From the NCBI GenBank assembly GCA_038042445.1, contig JBBTED010000027.1, positions 42,470 to 106,469 on the forward strand: 64,000 nucleotides of DNA, written 5' to 3'. The stretch comes from Candidatus Firestoneibacteriota bacterium (lineage in GTDB: Bacteria; Oederibacteriota; D2-FULL-39-29; JBBTED01). Under the pieces are notes generated by a model. That model searched no databases. It was not told the origin of the DNA and saw only the letters and a program-made list of their open reading frames with translations. Positions 20,000 through 30,726 of this stretch are shown here, in pieces. The position numbers and the translations under genes are program-made. Position 1 is the stretch's first letter. Each line of letters begins with the position of its first letter.

Positions 20000-21187
20000 T
20001 TATTTGTTTTTTAACCACTTAAGTGGATCCAATGGAGTTCCTTGTTTTCTTATTTCAAAATATAATGCAGCTCCATATAACGAACTTGTATCACCTACTA
20101 AACCTATGCTTTTTCCAATTTCCACTCTTTCTCCAAGTGACACAGTTATTTCTGAAAGATGCCCGTAAATTGTATAATAATTTGCTCCATGGTCTAAGAT
20201 AATCATTTTCCCATATCCCTTAAACCAATCAGCATATATTACTACACCTGTACTTACTGTATCTACTGATTGACCAATAGAAGACGATATTTCTATACCT
20301 TTATTAAAAACACTTATATTAAATTTTTTATGCTTTTGCGAGCCAAAATTAGAAACAACCTTTCCCTTAACAGGCCACATAAGCTTACCTTTAGATTTTT
20401 CAAATCCGAGCTTAGCAAGGGTTTTTTGTTCTTCATAAGAACCAACTTGTGTTTCTAATTTCTTTACTAATGTTAATAATTCCTTACTTGCTTCCTCCAG
20501 TTCAGCTATTGCCTGCTGATATGCCTGTTTTTCTTTTCTTATTTTAACAAGCAAAACTTCTTTTCGTTTTTTCTCAACAGTTGCTTCGCTTTGCTTCTTT
20601 AAAGTTAATTCTTTAAGTATTTTATAACGTGCTTTTTTATATTCAAGTTCTCGTTTTTTATTCTCAATTTTTATTTTCTGATCTTCAACTTCTTTTTTCA
20701 ACTCAGCAGTATTTTTTAATACATCCTGCATAAACTTGTAACGATTTAAAAACTGACTGATAGTTTGTGAAGTTAAAAGTATTTCCCACCAATAAAGTTT
20801 TCCATGTTTATAAAGAACCCTTAATCTCTGATGTAATTTTTTTCTAATTTTTGAAAGCTTATCATTTGCTTCTTGCAGTTCATTTTCTGTTATTTTTATT
20901 TTTTCTTCTGTTACAGTTAATTCAAGATTATAAGTTGCTATTTGTTTTTCCAGAAAATCTATCTGCTTTTCTACTTTTTCTAATTCACCCAGTATTCCTT
21001 TTTCTTTTATTTCTGCTTGCTGTTTTTTTGTTTCTTCAGCTTCTATTTTTTTTTCAAGCTTATTGAAATTTTCTTTGGTTTTTTCTATTGACCCTTTATA
21101 ATCATCTATTTTTTTATCAAGGTCAACAGCAAATACAAAAGGCACAGAAATAAAAATTGCAATTATTAAAGTTATTACATCCTTCAT
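20000..21187 (-). CDS. envC: Murein hydrolase activator EnvC (coiled coil plus M23-like domain)
   Basis: Long coiled coil, LMWPVKG, GYGKMIILDH, LYFEIR; follows ftsEX; start ATG 21187 overlaps the ftsX stop. Confidence 0.88.
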   Translation of the reverse strand: MKDVITLIIAIFISVPFVFAVDLDKKIDDYKGSIEKTKENFNKLEKKIEAEETKKQQAEIKEKGILGELEKVEKQIDFLEKQIATYNLELTVTEEKIKITENELQEANDKLSKIRKKLHQRLRVLYKHGKLYWWEILLTSQTISQFLNRYKFMQDVLKNTAELKKEVEDQKIKIENKKRELEYKKARYKILKELTLKKQSEATVEKKRKEVLLVKIRKEKQAYQQAIAELEEASKELLTLVKKLETQVGSYEEQKTLAKLGFEKSKGKLMWPVKGKVVSNFGSQKHKKFNISVFNKGIEISSSIGQSVDTVSTGVVIYADWFKGYGKMIILDHGANYYTIYGHLSEITVSLGERVEIGKSIGLVGDTSSLYGAALYFEIRKQGTPLDPLKWLKNK

Positions 21188-22062
21188 GCCTTGAGGAATC
21201 TTCCTATTGCTAATGAACTTCCTAAAATCCCAAGACCTGTTCCAAATCCAAGTATTATCCATACTATGGTTATATTAAAAACAAGTATTTTCATACCCAA
21301 AAAAGAATTGATTTCTTTTAATCCAAGTGAACTTGCAATAAATAAAATTACTATAGCAGCAATACCACCAATTAACCCACTTAACATACCTTCAATAATA
21401 AATGGCAATCTTATAAACCAATTTGTAGCACCTAAAAGCTTCATTGTTTTTATTTCTTCCCTGCGAGCATATAATGCAAGCCTTGTAGTATTTGCTACAA
21501 TAAATACTGCAGATATAAATACCAATGCAGTAAGCACTAAAATTCCTGTTCTTGCTATTTGAGCAATATGTAAAATTTTTTCAACTTCATCTTTTAAATA
21601 TTTAACTTCTTCTATTCCATAAACCTTTGAAAGTTCAGATGCTATTGCAGATAATTTGTTTGAATCACGATATTGAGGTTTTACTTTTAATTTAAAAGAT
21701 GCTGGAAGTGGATTTGATTCTGCTGCATCAAAAAAACTCGCTAAAGCTTTATCTTTTTTAAATTCTTTAAGTGCAGCATCTTTTGACACAAATACATAAG
21801 ACTCTATAGCTTCCATAGTTTTCATTTTGTCAATTATTGAGGTAATATCAATTTCATCTAAATCATCTTTTAAAAATACAACTATTTCAACTTTCGATTC
21901 CAATGCATTCATAGTTTTATTGGCATTGAGGACAACCAACAAAAAAATACCTACTATAAGCAAAGTTATAAAAGCTGAACCAACACTTATAAGCTGTGCT
22001 TCGCTATGGCGTTTAAGATTTAATACTGCCTCATGAAATATGTAGATTAATTTATCAAACAT
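21184..22062 (-). CDS. ftsX: Cell division permease FtsX
   Basis: NPLPAS, NTTRL.LYARREEI..MKLLGAT.WFIR.PF. Confidence 0.93.
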   Translation of the reverse strand: MFDKLIYIFHEAVLNLKRHSEAQLISVGSAFITLLIVGIFLLVVLNANKTMNALESKVEIVVFLKDDLDEIDITSIIDKMKTMEAIESYVFVSKDAALKEFKKDKALASFFDAAESNPLPASFKLKVKPQYRDSNKLSAIASELSKVYGIEEVKYLKDEVEKILHIAQIARTGILVLTALVFISAVFIVANTTRLALYARREEIKTMKLLGATNWFIRLPFIIEGMLSGLIGGIAAIVILFIASSLGLKEINSFLGMKILVFNITIVWIILGFGTGLGILGSSLAIGRFLKA

Positions 22063-22714
22063 TTGTTATTATTTGCCCGGCTTTCAACTCAATAACTCTT
22101 CTTCCTGATTTTCTTGCAATTTCTCTATCCTGTGTAATTACTACAACTGTTCTTTTATGCAAACTGTCGAAGCAAAAAAGTTGTAATAATTCCCATGCTG
22201 AAGCTACTTCTAAATGAGAAAACGGTTCATCAATAAGTAATACTTCTGGCTCTGTACTTAAAGCTCTGGCAAATGCCAGTTTTTGCTTTTCACCTGCTGA
22301 AAGCTCTTTTGGCAAAAGGGAATATTTGTTTTCAAAGCCAAAAAGACTTAAAATCCTTGTAATTTTTTCTTTTCTCTGGGAATATGAAATACCAATAGCA
22401 TGCAATACAAAACTTATGTTATCTTCAACTGTCCTATCAGGTAATAATTTCAAATCCTGAAATACTACTCCAAATTTACGTCGTATATAAGGAATTTCTT
22501 TGTCCGGCAAAGAATTTAAACTTGCACCACCAAACATTATAGTCCCGCCTGTAGGTGATTCGTCTTTAATTAAGAGTTTAAATATTGTAGTTTTTCCTGC
22601 ACCTGCAGGACCTGTAATAAAAACTTCTTCGCCTTGTTTTATTGTAAATGTTAAATCCCTTACTGCCTCTACACCATTTGGATAAACCTTTGAAGTATGC
22701 AAAAATTCAATCAT
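22055..22714 (-). CDS. ftsE: Cell division ATP-binding protein FtsE
   Basis: Walker A GPAGAGKT, GVVFQD.KLL, LLIDEP; upstream of ftsX. Confidence 0.9.
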   Translation of the reverse strand: MIEFLHTSKVYPNGVEAVRDLTFTIKQGEEVFITGPAGAGKTTIFKLLIKDESPTGGTIMFGGASLNSLPDKEIPYIRRKFGVVFQDLKLLPDRTVEDNISFVLHAIGISYSQRKEKITRILSLFGFENKYSLLPKELSAGEKQKLAFARALSTEPEVLLIDEPFSHLEVASAWELLQLFCFDSLHKRTVVVITQDREIARKSGRRVIELKAGQIITNV

Positions 22715-22832
22715 AACTTATTCTATATTACAAATGCGCATTTTGTCAAGTTTACAAAACTTATTTTGTATTGACAAAAACAGGCGATGGGTATTAAATT
22801 GTTTTAAGAAAATAATTAGAAAGGAGATATTT

Positions 22833-23636
22833 ATGTTTCAGCCAAAATTAGGGGTTTCACTTCATACCATTATGCTTCCTCTTGTTCCAGAATCATTGGA
22901 AGAAATCAGTAAATCCAGTATTGCTACATTAGAAATTAGTCCAAAACTTTTTGCGACAAAAGAACAACAACATTTATTAAAACAAATGTTGAGTAAAAAT
23001 AAAATACGCGTAGCATCAATACATACATTGTTTGGAGGAATCTATGATTTTTCAATACTTGATGAAAATATGCATCAAAATGCAATAGCACAATTTGATA
23101 TCTCTCTTAAATTAGCTATTGAATTAAATGCACCACTTATTGTTCTTCACGCAAGCTCAGACACAGTTAAAACTGAAGAACGACAAAACCGTCTAAAACA
23201 AGCAAAAAAAGGGCTAAAAAAAATTGAAGAACAATGTATTAAATTTAATAAGAAAATTGCTGTTGAAGTCCTTCCACGTACTTGTTTAGGGAATACAATA
23301 GAAGAACTATTAAAACTCATAGAAGGTCTTGATGAACAAACCTTTGGTATATGTCTTGATACAAATCATCTGATGAGTGATTACCAAGATTTACCAAATA
23401 AAGTTAGAATGTTAAATAAAAAACTTATGACTTTGCATCTTTCTGATTATGATGGAATTGATGAAAAACACCAAATTCCAGGCACAGGAGTTATCAACTG
23501 GAAATCATTTATGACTGCACTAAATAACATTGATTATAAAGGTCCATTTAATTATGAGTGTAAAATAGAAGGAGAAACAATAAGCAGCAAAATAAAATCT
23601 TTAGAAACAAATTTTAACTGGATATGCAATCTTTAA
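22833..23636 (+). CDS. Sugar phosphate isomerase/epimerase (xylose isomerase-like TIM barrel)
   Basis: AAGGAG RBS before ATG 22833; CLDTNH, LHLSD, H..PG.G.I.W. Confidence 0.85.
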   Translation: MFQPKLGVSLHTIMLPLVPESLEEISKSSIATLEISPKLFATKEQQHLLKQMLSKNKIRVASIHTLFGGIYDFSILDENMHQNAIAQFDISLKLAIELNAPLIVLHASSDTVKTEERQNRLKQAKKGLKKIEEQCIKFNKKIAVEVLPRTCLGNTIEELLKLIEGLDEQTFGICLDTNHLMSDYQDLPNKVRMLNKKLMTLHLSDYDGIDEKHQIPGTGVINWKSFMTALNNIDYKGPFNYECKIEGETISSKIKSLETNFNWICNL

Positions 23637-23700
23637 AAATCTCCCCTATCCCCTCTTTTACAAAGAGGGGGAAATCATTAAAATTCCCGAAGAATCAAAT

Positions 23701-24282
23701 CTACTTCCTACCATAAATTTTTGCTTCAGTTATTATTTTTGTTACAGGTTCATCGAAAGGGAATACTGGTATTGAAGGTAAAATCTGGCAATCATAAGCA
23801 ATAGCAATTTTTGGAATATGTTTTGAGGTTTTCTTAAAAAGATTGTCATAATATCCACCGCCATATCCTAATCTATTGCATTGCGAATCAAAAGCAACAC
23901 CTGGACTTACAACAAAATCTATTTCATTAGGTTTAACAATATGCAAATTTTCATCTTTTGGTTCCATTATTCCATAAGTACCTTTAACAAGGTCAGTATC
24001 AACATTTTTAATTTCTGCTAATATTAATTCTTTTTTGTTTTTATCCACTTTTGGCAAAATAATTTTTTTTCCTGATTTTAAGGCACCTCTTATCATTTGT
24101 TCAGTCATAACTTCACTGCCATAAGTATAGAAAAACATAATTGTTTTCGCATTAACAAATTCAGGCAGAGCAAAAAGTTTGTTTTGAATTTCTGCACTTT
24201 TTGCAATGCGTTCTTTTTCAGATAAAGAATCGCGAAGTTTAATTATTTTTTTTCTAATTTCCTTTTTCAAATTCTGATTCAT
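23701..24282 (-). CDS. ygfA: 5-formyltetrahydrofolate cyclo-ligase
   Basis: GIMEP, PGVAFD..CNRLGYGGGYYD. Confidence 0.95.
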   Translation of the reverse strand: MNQNLKKEIRKKIIKLRDSLSEKERIAKSAEIQNKLFALPEFVNAKTIMFFYTYGSEVMTEQMIRGALKSGKKIILPKVDKNKKELILAEIKNVDTDLVKGTYGIMEPKDENLHIVKPNEIDFVVSPGVAFDSQCNRLGYGGGYYDNLFKKTSKHIPKIAIAYDCQILPSIPVFPFDEPVTKIITEAKIYGRK

Positions 24283-25552
24283 GTTTTTTAAGTTTCTCCA
24301 AATATTCTTTCATTTTTGACTCATATCCTCTATTTTGAGGTTCATAATATTTTCTTTTTTCCGGAATATATTGCTGTTTTATATAACCTTCTTTATATGA
24401 ATGTGGATATTTATATTCAATGCCATGCCCGAAATTTTTCGCACCTGAATAATTTGCATCTTTAAGATGTTTTGGAACTTGAAGTATCGGTTTTTTCTCT
24501 ATATCATCTAATGCCTTATCTATTGCCACATATGCAGAATTGCTTTTTGGAGCACAGGCAATATAAATTGTTGCCTGTGCAAGTGGAATTCTTGCCTCAG
24601 GCATACCTATAACCTCAGAAACCTGTAAAGCAGCATTTGCAAGCATTAATGCTTGTGGGTCTGCCAAACCTACATCTTCCGCAGCGCATATTACAATTCT
24701 TCTTGCAACAAAACGTGGGTCTTCGCCACTATGCAACATTTTTGCAAGCCAGTAAATTGCTGCATCTGGATCTGAACCTCTCATACTCTTGATAAATGCC
24801 GAAATTGTATCATAATGCGAATCCTCTGAACTATCATAAATTATTGCTTTCTTTTGTATTGACTCTTCAGCAACTGCGAGTGTAAAATTTATTATTCCAT
24901 TAGCATCTGGTAAAGTTGTTAGCACACCTATTTCCAAACCATTTAATGATTTTCTTGCATCTCCATTTGAAGAATTTATCAAAAACTCAAGTGCTTTATC
25001 TTCAATTTTAACTTTATAGTTACCCAACCCACGTTCTTTATCATCAAGAGCACGTATTAAAATAGTTTTTATATTCTCTGGTTTTAACGATTCAAACTGG
25101 AATATTTGAGAACGTGACAAAAGAGCAGAATTTATTGAAAAATATGGATTCTGTGTAGTTGCACCTATTAGAATAATTATACCATTTTCAACATCAGGAA
25201 GAAGCGCATCCTGCTGAAGTTTGTTAAACCTATGTATCTCGTCAATAAATAAAATTGTACGTTGTTTTAGAAGATTTATCTGATTTTTTGCAGCATCTAC
25301 AACTTTTCTTATATCAGAAACCCCAGCAGTAACTGCATTTAATTCTATAAAATGTGCAGATGTTTTATTTGCAATTACTCGTGCTAAAGCATTTTTCCCA
25401 GTTCCAGGGGGACCATATAATATAATAGAAGATAATCTATCTGATTCTATTGCCCTTCTAAAAAGTTTACCGGAACCAAGTATATGTTCCTGTCCAACAA
25501 ATTCAGAGATATCACGTGGACACAATCTTTTAGCAAGAGGTGTATTAACCAT
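24254..25552 (-). CDS. rarA: Replication-associated recombination protein A
   Basis: GPPGTGK, FIDEIHRFNK.QQDALLP, HYDTISAFIKSMRGSDPDAA. Confidence 0.95.
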   Translation of the reverse strand: MVNTPLAKRLCPRDISEFVGQEHILGSGKLFRRAIESDRLSSIILYGPPGTGKNALARVIANKTSAHFIELNAVTAGVSDIRKVVDAAKNQINLLKQRTILFIDEIHRFNKLQQDALLPDVENGIIILIGATTQNPYFSINSALLSRSQIFQFESLKPENIKTILIRALDDKERGLGNYKVKIEDKALEFLINSSNGDARKSLNGLEIGVLTTLPDANGIINFTLAVAEESIQKKAIIYDSSEDSHYDTISAFIKSMRGSDPDAAIYWLAKMLHSGEDPRFVARRIVICAAEDVGLADPQALMLANAALQVSEVIGMPEARIPLAQATIYIACAPKSNSAYVAIDKALDDIEKKPILQVPKHLKDANYSGAKNFGHGIEYKYPHSYKEGYIKQQYIPEKRKYYEPQNRGYESKMKEYLEKLKKHESEFEKGN

Positions 25553-25603
25553 ATTTCATTAATTAACATATATTAAAAAACCCAAAATGTAAAATGAAAA
25601 ATA

Positions 25604-25744
25604 ATAATAGGTTAGCCATTCTAAGATTTAATGGATTTTGTATGATTTATGTAGCCGCAAAGCGAAAGCTTTGCTGTTTTTTAGCAGAGCTTTGCTCTGC
25701 AGCTACAATAATAACGTCTATTTTTAGAATGGCTAATCTGTTAC
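25604..25744. mobile_element. MITE copy 3 (141 bp, inverted)
   Basis: Reverse complement of copy 1; 8-bp TSD gaaaaata. Confidence 0.9.
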
Positions 25745-25772
25745 GAAAAATATGGATAAATTTTATGCCAAT

Positions 25773-27107
25773 CTAATCTATTTTAAAAGATTTAAACTGT
25801 GGTAGATAATTTTTGTTTTTCTGTAGCATTTCACTTACCATTTTCTTAATCTCTCTTAATGACAAAACAGAAGCAGTAAGTGGATCATACATTACTGATT
25901 GAAATAGTAATCTCGCATCTCCTGTTAGTGCAGCTTCAACTGCCATTTCTTCAACTGCTACACTTATGTTATTGAGTGCAGCACATTGTGGAGGAATTGC
26001 ACCTACATGAATAGCATTAAACCCACGTTTATTTGCTACAACAGGAACTTCTACACATACATCATCAGGCAAATTTGTAATAATACCTGTATTTGGAACA
26101 TTTCCGTTAAATTCAAATGCTTCACCACCCATTACAGCATTAATAATAAATGCTGCATATTCATGTCCCCTTTCTAATTCCATTGGTGCGCCTTTTTCAA
26201 ACCAATCCTTTATTTCTTTTTTCCAATGTTTTTCTCGTCCCAAATATTCTTTTAAAATATACGCGTATTCTCCTGGATTCCAGCCTGTACCGTGAATACA
26301 ATACTTTTTTATAAGATCAGGACGTTTGCGAAACCACCAGTTGTATTCAGAATTATGTCCACTTGATTCAGTTACATAATAATCCATATGCAAAAACATT
26401 TCATTTCGGACAAGTTCCTCCTGATATATTTTTTTATCTGTTGTTATGGCTTTGCGAATTAAAGGATAAACATCTTTTCCATTTCTTTTGAATTCAATAT
26501 ACCAAGATTGATGATTTATTCCAGCACATACATACGTAATTTCTTCCATAGGAGCGTTAATCCATTTTGCCAACATTTTTGCAGTTCCCTGAACACTATG
26601 GCAAAGACCTGTTAATTTAAGAAATGATTTTTTCTGCATTGCTCTGCATAACATTGCCATAGGATTTGTATAATTTAACAAAATTGCATTTGGAGCATAT
26701 TTCTCTATATCTTTGCATATATCAAGCATTACAGGTATAGTGCGAAGTGCTCTAAAAATACCTGCAACACCTCTTGTATCTCCAATATTAAAATCTACAC
26801 CATATTTCTTGGGAATTTCAATATCATATTTCCAAACCTGCACACCTCCAGCTAAAATAGTAACTATTACAGCATCTGCTCCTTTTTTTAATGCTTCTTT
26901 TCTATCCAAAGTAGCTTCAATTTTAGCTGGATACTTTCCTCTATCAATAATGCTTTGAACAGATTTTCTTGAAAATTCAAGTCTGTCTTTATCTATATCC
27001 ATAAGAACTAATGTTGAATTTTTAAGTAGTGGGAATGTCAATATATCCCTAATTAAATTACGTGTAAAACCCAGACTTCCTGCACCAATAAACACAATTC
27101 TTGCCAT
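25773..27107 (-). CDS. melA: GH4 alpha-galactosidase
   Basis: [35 protein letters not shown]. Confidence 0.88.
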   Translation of the reverse strand: MARIVFIGAGSLGFTRNLIRDILTFPLLKNSTLVLMDIDKDRLEFSRKSVQSIIDRGKYPAKIEATLDRKEALKKGADAVIVTILAGGVQVWKYDIEIPKKYGVDFNIGDTRGVAGIFRALRTIPVMLDICKDIEKYAPNAILLNYTNPMAMLCRAMQKKSFLKLTGLCHSVQGTAKMLAKWINAPMEEITYVCAGINHQSWYIEFKRNGKDVYPLIRKAITTDKKIYQEELVRNEMFLHMDYYVTESSGHNSEYNWWFRKRPDLIKKYCIHGTGWNPGEYAYILKEYLGREKHWKKEIKDWFEKGAPMELERGHEYAAFIINAVMGGEAFEFNGNVPNTGIITNLPDDVCVEVPVVANKRGFNAIHVGAIPPQCAALNNISVAVEEMAVEAALTGDARLLFQSVMYDPLTASVLSLREIKKMVSEMLQKNKNYLPQFKSFKID

Positions 27108-27224
27108 AATTTACTACCCCCTTTGTGTTAATAATTACCTACTCATTATTGGGCGAGTAAACTCGCCCCTACACAACAGAATTATACCATATTTGAAAAG
27201 TTTGGCTTCTGATATATTGCGATT

Positions 27225-28127
27225 TTATTTAGAAATTTTGCGATACTTAAAAGGTGAAACACCTACCAATTTCTTGAATATAAAATTAAAGTATGAAAGA
27301 TTTTCATATCCTACTTCATAGCATACATCTATTATTCTTATACTTTCTTTTTGTAAAAGTTCTTTTGCGAGTATAATTCTTTTATGGTTAATATATTCCC
27401 TTATACTAAATCCTGTTACATCTTTAAAAATGCGGCTAAAATAATAAGGGCTGAATATTGCCTGTTTTGCCAGATAATTCAAGGTTAATTTTTTTGTTAT
27501 ATTATTATTTATATATTCCACTATTTCTTTTACAACTCTTTCTGCTTCAGAACTAACATACTCTTCTTTTTTATCAGAACTTTTATTTGTTTGAAGATGG
27601 AAGGATTTTTTTATAATATTTAATAGTTCTAATAAATGTAATTTTATTGAAATTTGTGAACTTTCTTTTATAGATGTAATCGTATAATGACAATTTTCCG
27701 GATTTACCTCTGCCGGAACATTGTATTCAGTCAACATTTTTTTTAGCAGTAATTCAGCATCTATCCTGGAATTATCTGTTAATTTTATCTTATGATTAAA
27801 ATTTTTATATCTTTTAAAGAATAAACCTACTGGATCAAATTTTTTATCAATATTTACATTTTCTATAAGTTCTTTATTAAAGTGTAAATTTATTATAGCA
27901 AAAGGAAGTTTTTTAGTTATTCTTGACCTATGTATTTCCTTATTATTTATTACAAGAATATCGCCTTTCTCTAAATTTACAACTCTATCAACTACAAAAT
28001 ATGAACCTTTGCCTTCAAGAACATAAACTATTTCCAACAAATCATGTATATGTGATGGCATTTTGTAATCTGGAGAGAATTTTATGATTCTAACTTTAAA
28101 CTTAAAATCTTTAAGTTTATCGTTCAT
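27225..28127 (-). CDS. AraC family regulator (cupin plus HTH)
   Basis: HIHD..EI.YV; C-terminal VGYENLSYF...FKK..G.SP. Confidence 0.92.
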   Translation of the reverse strand: MNDKLKDFKFKVRIIKFSPDYKMPSHIHDLLEIVYVLEGKGSYFVVDRVVNLEKGDILVINNKEIHRSRITKKLPFAIINLHFNKELIENVNIDKKFDPVGLFFKRYKNFNHKIKLTDNSRIDAELLLKKMLTEYNVPAEVNPENCHYTITSIKESSQISIKLHLLELLNIIKKSFHLQTNKSSDKKEEYVSSEAERVVKEIVEYINNNITKKLTLNYLAKQAIFSPYYFSRIFKDVTGFSIREYINHKRIILAKELLQKESIRIIDVCYEVGYENLSYFNFIFKKLVGVSPFKYRKISK

Positions 28128-28131
28128 GGTT

Positions 28132-29124
28132 TTAAATATATAATCCGTTTACAGGAATAAATCTCTTTAAATATAAACTTGTTTTTTTTAGTTCTTCCAA
28201 AAGAATTTTTTCAGTTTTGGTAGAACCGGGTATAATTTCAGCAATAAGAAAATGTTTTTTTACAGGCGGCAAATGTTTAGCCAAAATTGATTTATGATAA
28301 TTTTTATGTGAATATTCAATTGCAGATAATATTTTATCTATTTTAATGTGACCTTTTTTATTGTATTTTTCAATAAAAGGCCAGTGGTGACTCGCATCAG
28401 CAGTTGTCTGTTGTAAATGAATTATTTCTGACACTGCAGCAAATTCTTTTAGCCATTCAATATAAGAAATATTTCTTCCTTTTAGTCCATAGTGTTGACC
28501 AGCCTGATGCCCTACATCTACAGTTAAATATACCGGCACACCATTATTATTTCTATTAACTTCAAAAAGAAATTCGCAAGCTTCATCTATTGTCCATGGT
28601 ATTTCACTTGGAATATACATTTGCTCATTGTAAATCGCAGACATACCTTTATTTTTAGCAAGGATAGCTAATTGCTTAAATTGCGTATAAATATTTTTAA
28701 ATGCTTTTCTTTTATGCTTTTGGCTATGCAAAATTTCTACAGAAAAAGCATCCCAGTGACCTCCTATAGCAGTTGTTCCCAATGCTAATGCAATATCCAT
28801 TGCTTCAACAATCCACTGCATCATTTGTTTTTGTACTACAGGATTGCTATGTGATAATCCATGAAACCTGTGAGTAGCAACACCTGTATAATAATCTGTT
28901 ATTGCAACACCATATTTTTTTGCAAAACAACCGATTTGTTTTGCTGTTTCTAACTGGTATTTTTTGTCTCCACTGAAGAATGGATCTAATGCATCTGAAC
29001 AGAACTCATGGTATTTATAACCACATTCTGCTGTTAGTTTCATAAAATTCTCAGGATTTTCCCAACGTCTTGTAAGAAAAGCCCCATTTATTCCAAAATT
29101 TACTGTAATTTTATTTTTAGTCAT
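28132..29124 (-). CDS. TIM-barrel sugar-phosphate epimerase/isomerase (EryC-like)
   Basis: DVGH, IHLQQT, HWPF motifs. Confidence 0.65.
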   Translation of the reverse strand: MTKNKITVNFGINGAFLTRRWENPENFMKLTAECGYKYHEFCSDALDPFFSGDKKYQLETAKQIGCFAKKYGVAITDYYTGVATHRFHGLSHSNPVVQKQMMQWIVEAMDIALALGTTAIGGHWDAFSVEILHSQKHKRKAFKNIYTQFKQLAILAKNKGMSAIYNEQMYIPSEIPWTIDEACEFLFEVNRNNNGVPVYLTVDVGHQAGQHYGLKGRNISYIEWLKEFAAVSEIIHLQQTTADASHHWPFIEKYNKKGHIKIDKILSAIEYSHKNYHKSILAKHLPPVKKHFLIAEIIPGSTKTEKILLEELKKTSLYLKRFIPVNGLYI

Positions 29125-29169
29125 ATAATCCTTGTAAATACTCAGTGAACCCCGTTGGTGAATATTTTA

Positions 29170-29260
29170 GTAGTGGTAGTCGCAAGCTTTAGCTTGCGGT
29201 ATTGTCTTTCACCATATTTTCCGCAGGCTAAAGCCTGCGGCTACCATTATAACACAGTCT
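29170..29260. repeat. REP doublet with one TIR-like end
   Basis: gtagtggtagtcgcaagc...gcctgcggctaccattataacacagtct. Confidence 0.7.
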
Positions 29261-29307
29261 GAATAACGCAGTTCAGTGAATTTTTACGACTCCTTTAGTT
29301 TAAAAAA

Positions 29308-29481
29308 AACCCCGCATTGTGCCGTGTGAAATAACAATTTGAACCTTTTGTATAAGTGGGTGCTCTCTTAGATGTTTCAGGCTTTCCCTTTCGGGACATG
29401 CACACCACATCTAAAGCTCAAGCCCCTTACAAAAAGGTGTTGGCTCAAAATTTGTCAATCCATCACAAACACAGCAGGGTC
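29308..29481 (-). ncRNA. ssrS: 6S RNA
   Basis: About 175-nt rod: ccctg/gcgggg closing ends, tttgagcc..ccttttt-gtaag pairing with cttatacaaaaggttcaaa, 6S-typical ggtgtgcatgtcc and gagcacccac; own promoter and a following U-run. Confidence 0.85.
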
Positions 29482-29487
29482 ATTTAA

Positions 29488-29515
29488 ATTGTATCAGATT
29501 TTTTAAAAATTACAA
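29488..29515 (-). promoter_or_regulatory. Sigma70 promoter of the 6S RNA
   Basis: TTGTAA-N16-TACAAT with extended -10 TG, about 7 nt upstream of the RNA 5' end. Confidence 0.6.
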
Positions 29516-29530
29516 TCCCTAAAATTATTT

Positions 29531-30725
29531 TTATGCTACACTAAATTTTCTGTTTATGATAACACCTTGCTTTTTTAATTGATTTTGCAGTTTTTCTACA
29601 TTTATATCTGAAAAATTTTCGTTATTAGAAGATAATATTGCTGCTGCTGTACCTGCTGCCTCACCTGTTACTGCACAAGTTGGAATCGCTCTTGTAATAT
29701 CCCATGCTGTCGTCGTAACTGAAATACATCTTCCTGCAGTTATTAAATTATCTATTTTGGCTCCTATAAGACATCTATACGGAATATAAAATATAGGACC
29801 TTCTTTTCGCCAATCTCCTGTCATTCCAATTGAATCATAAAAGAATTTTTTATTGTCTTTTTCATCAAGTTCAAAAACTCCTTGTAACCTTCGTGTCATC
29901 CTGAATTGAGGAATAGAAGGAATAAGAATAGGATAGATGTTTTTATTATTCTTTTTCAATTCCAGAATTTCTTTAAGAATTAATTTTCTGCCAGCAATAT
30001 TCATTTCTGTAACATCTTCATAATTATCACCTGAAAATGTTTTCGTTGTTGCAGGAAGTTTTGTATGTATAAAGTGGATCACCAACTACACGTAATTCAA
30101 TTTTCCCATTATTATATAAAAAAAACCATCCACTTTTCCTATTAGTATTAAGTGAAACTGTTTTTTCACCTGCTTTATAACAAACATCTGCATCACCCGA
30201 AGTATCAATAACTGTTTTACATAATACTGCATTTCTTCCACTTTTGTTTTCAACAATAAGCGCTTTTATTTTAGTGTTTTTAATTACCACATCACAAAAT
30301 CGTGTATCATATAGTATTTTGATTTTGTTTTTCAAAATTTGTTCTTCCATTGTAAGTATAAAAGAAGCAGGGTTGAATTTAACCTCATATCTGTGTTTTT
30401 TTATTCTCTTTTTATTCCCATTTTTCTGCCAGCAATCTGGAATTTTGTCATATCCATCTTTAACTGACAATTTCAATAATTCCTCACCTATTCCTGATAT
30501 AACCTGATTTCCCATACCATCGCACAAAGGCAGGTAAAAAACTACAAGACCAAGTGTTGCAAGCCCACCTAATGCATTTTCTTTTTCTATTACACAAACT
30601 TTTGCATTATTTCTACTGGCTGCAAGTGCTGCTGATACACCAGCAATGCCACCGCCTACAACAACAACATCATATTCACCTATAATATTTATTTTTTTTG
30701 ATACCTCAATTAAAGTTTTTTGCAT
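29531..30725 (-). pseudogene. FAD-dependent oxidoreductase, frameshifted near 30065
   Basis: N-half (DVVVVGGGIAG, IDTSGDAD) and C-half (IPYRCL, NLITAGRCIS) are in different frames, with a TACA-TACA duplication at the junction. Confidence 0.75.
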
Positions 30726-30726
30726 T

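Noticed and set aside
25594..25776. 60-aa plus-strand ORF
   Set aside because: Almost entirely MITE copy 3.
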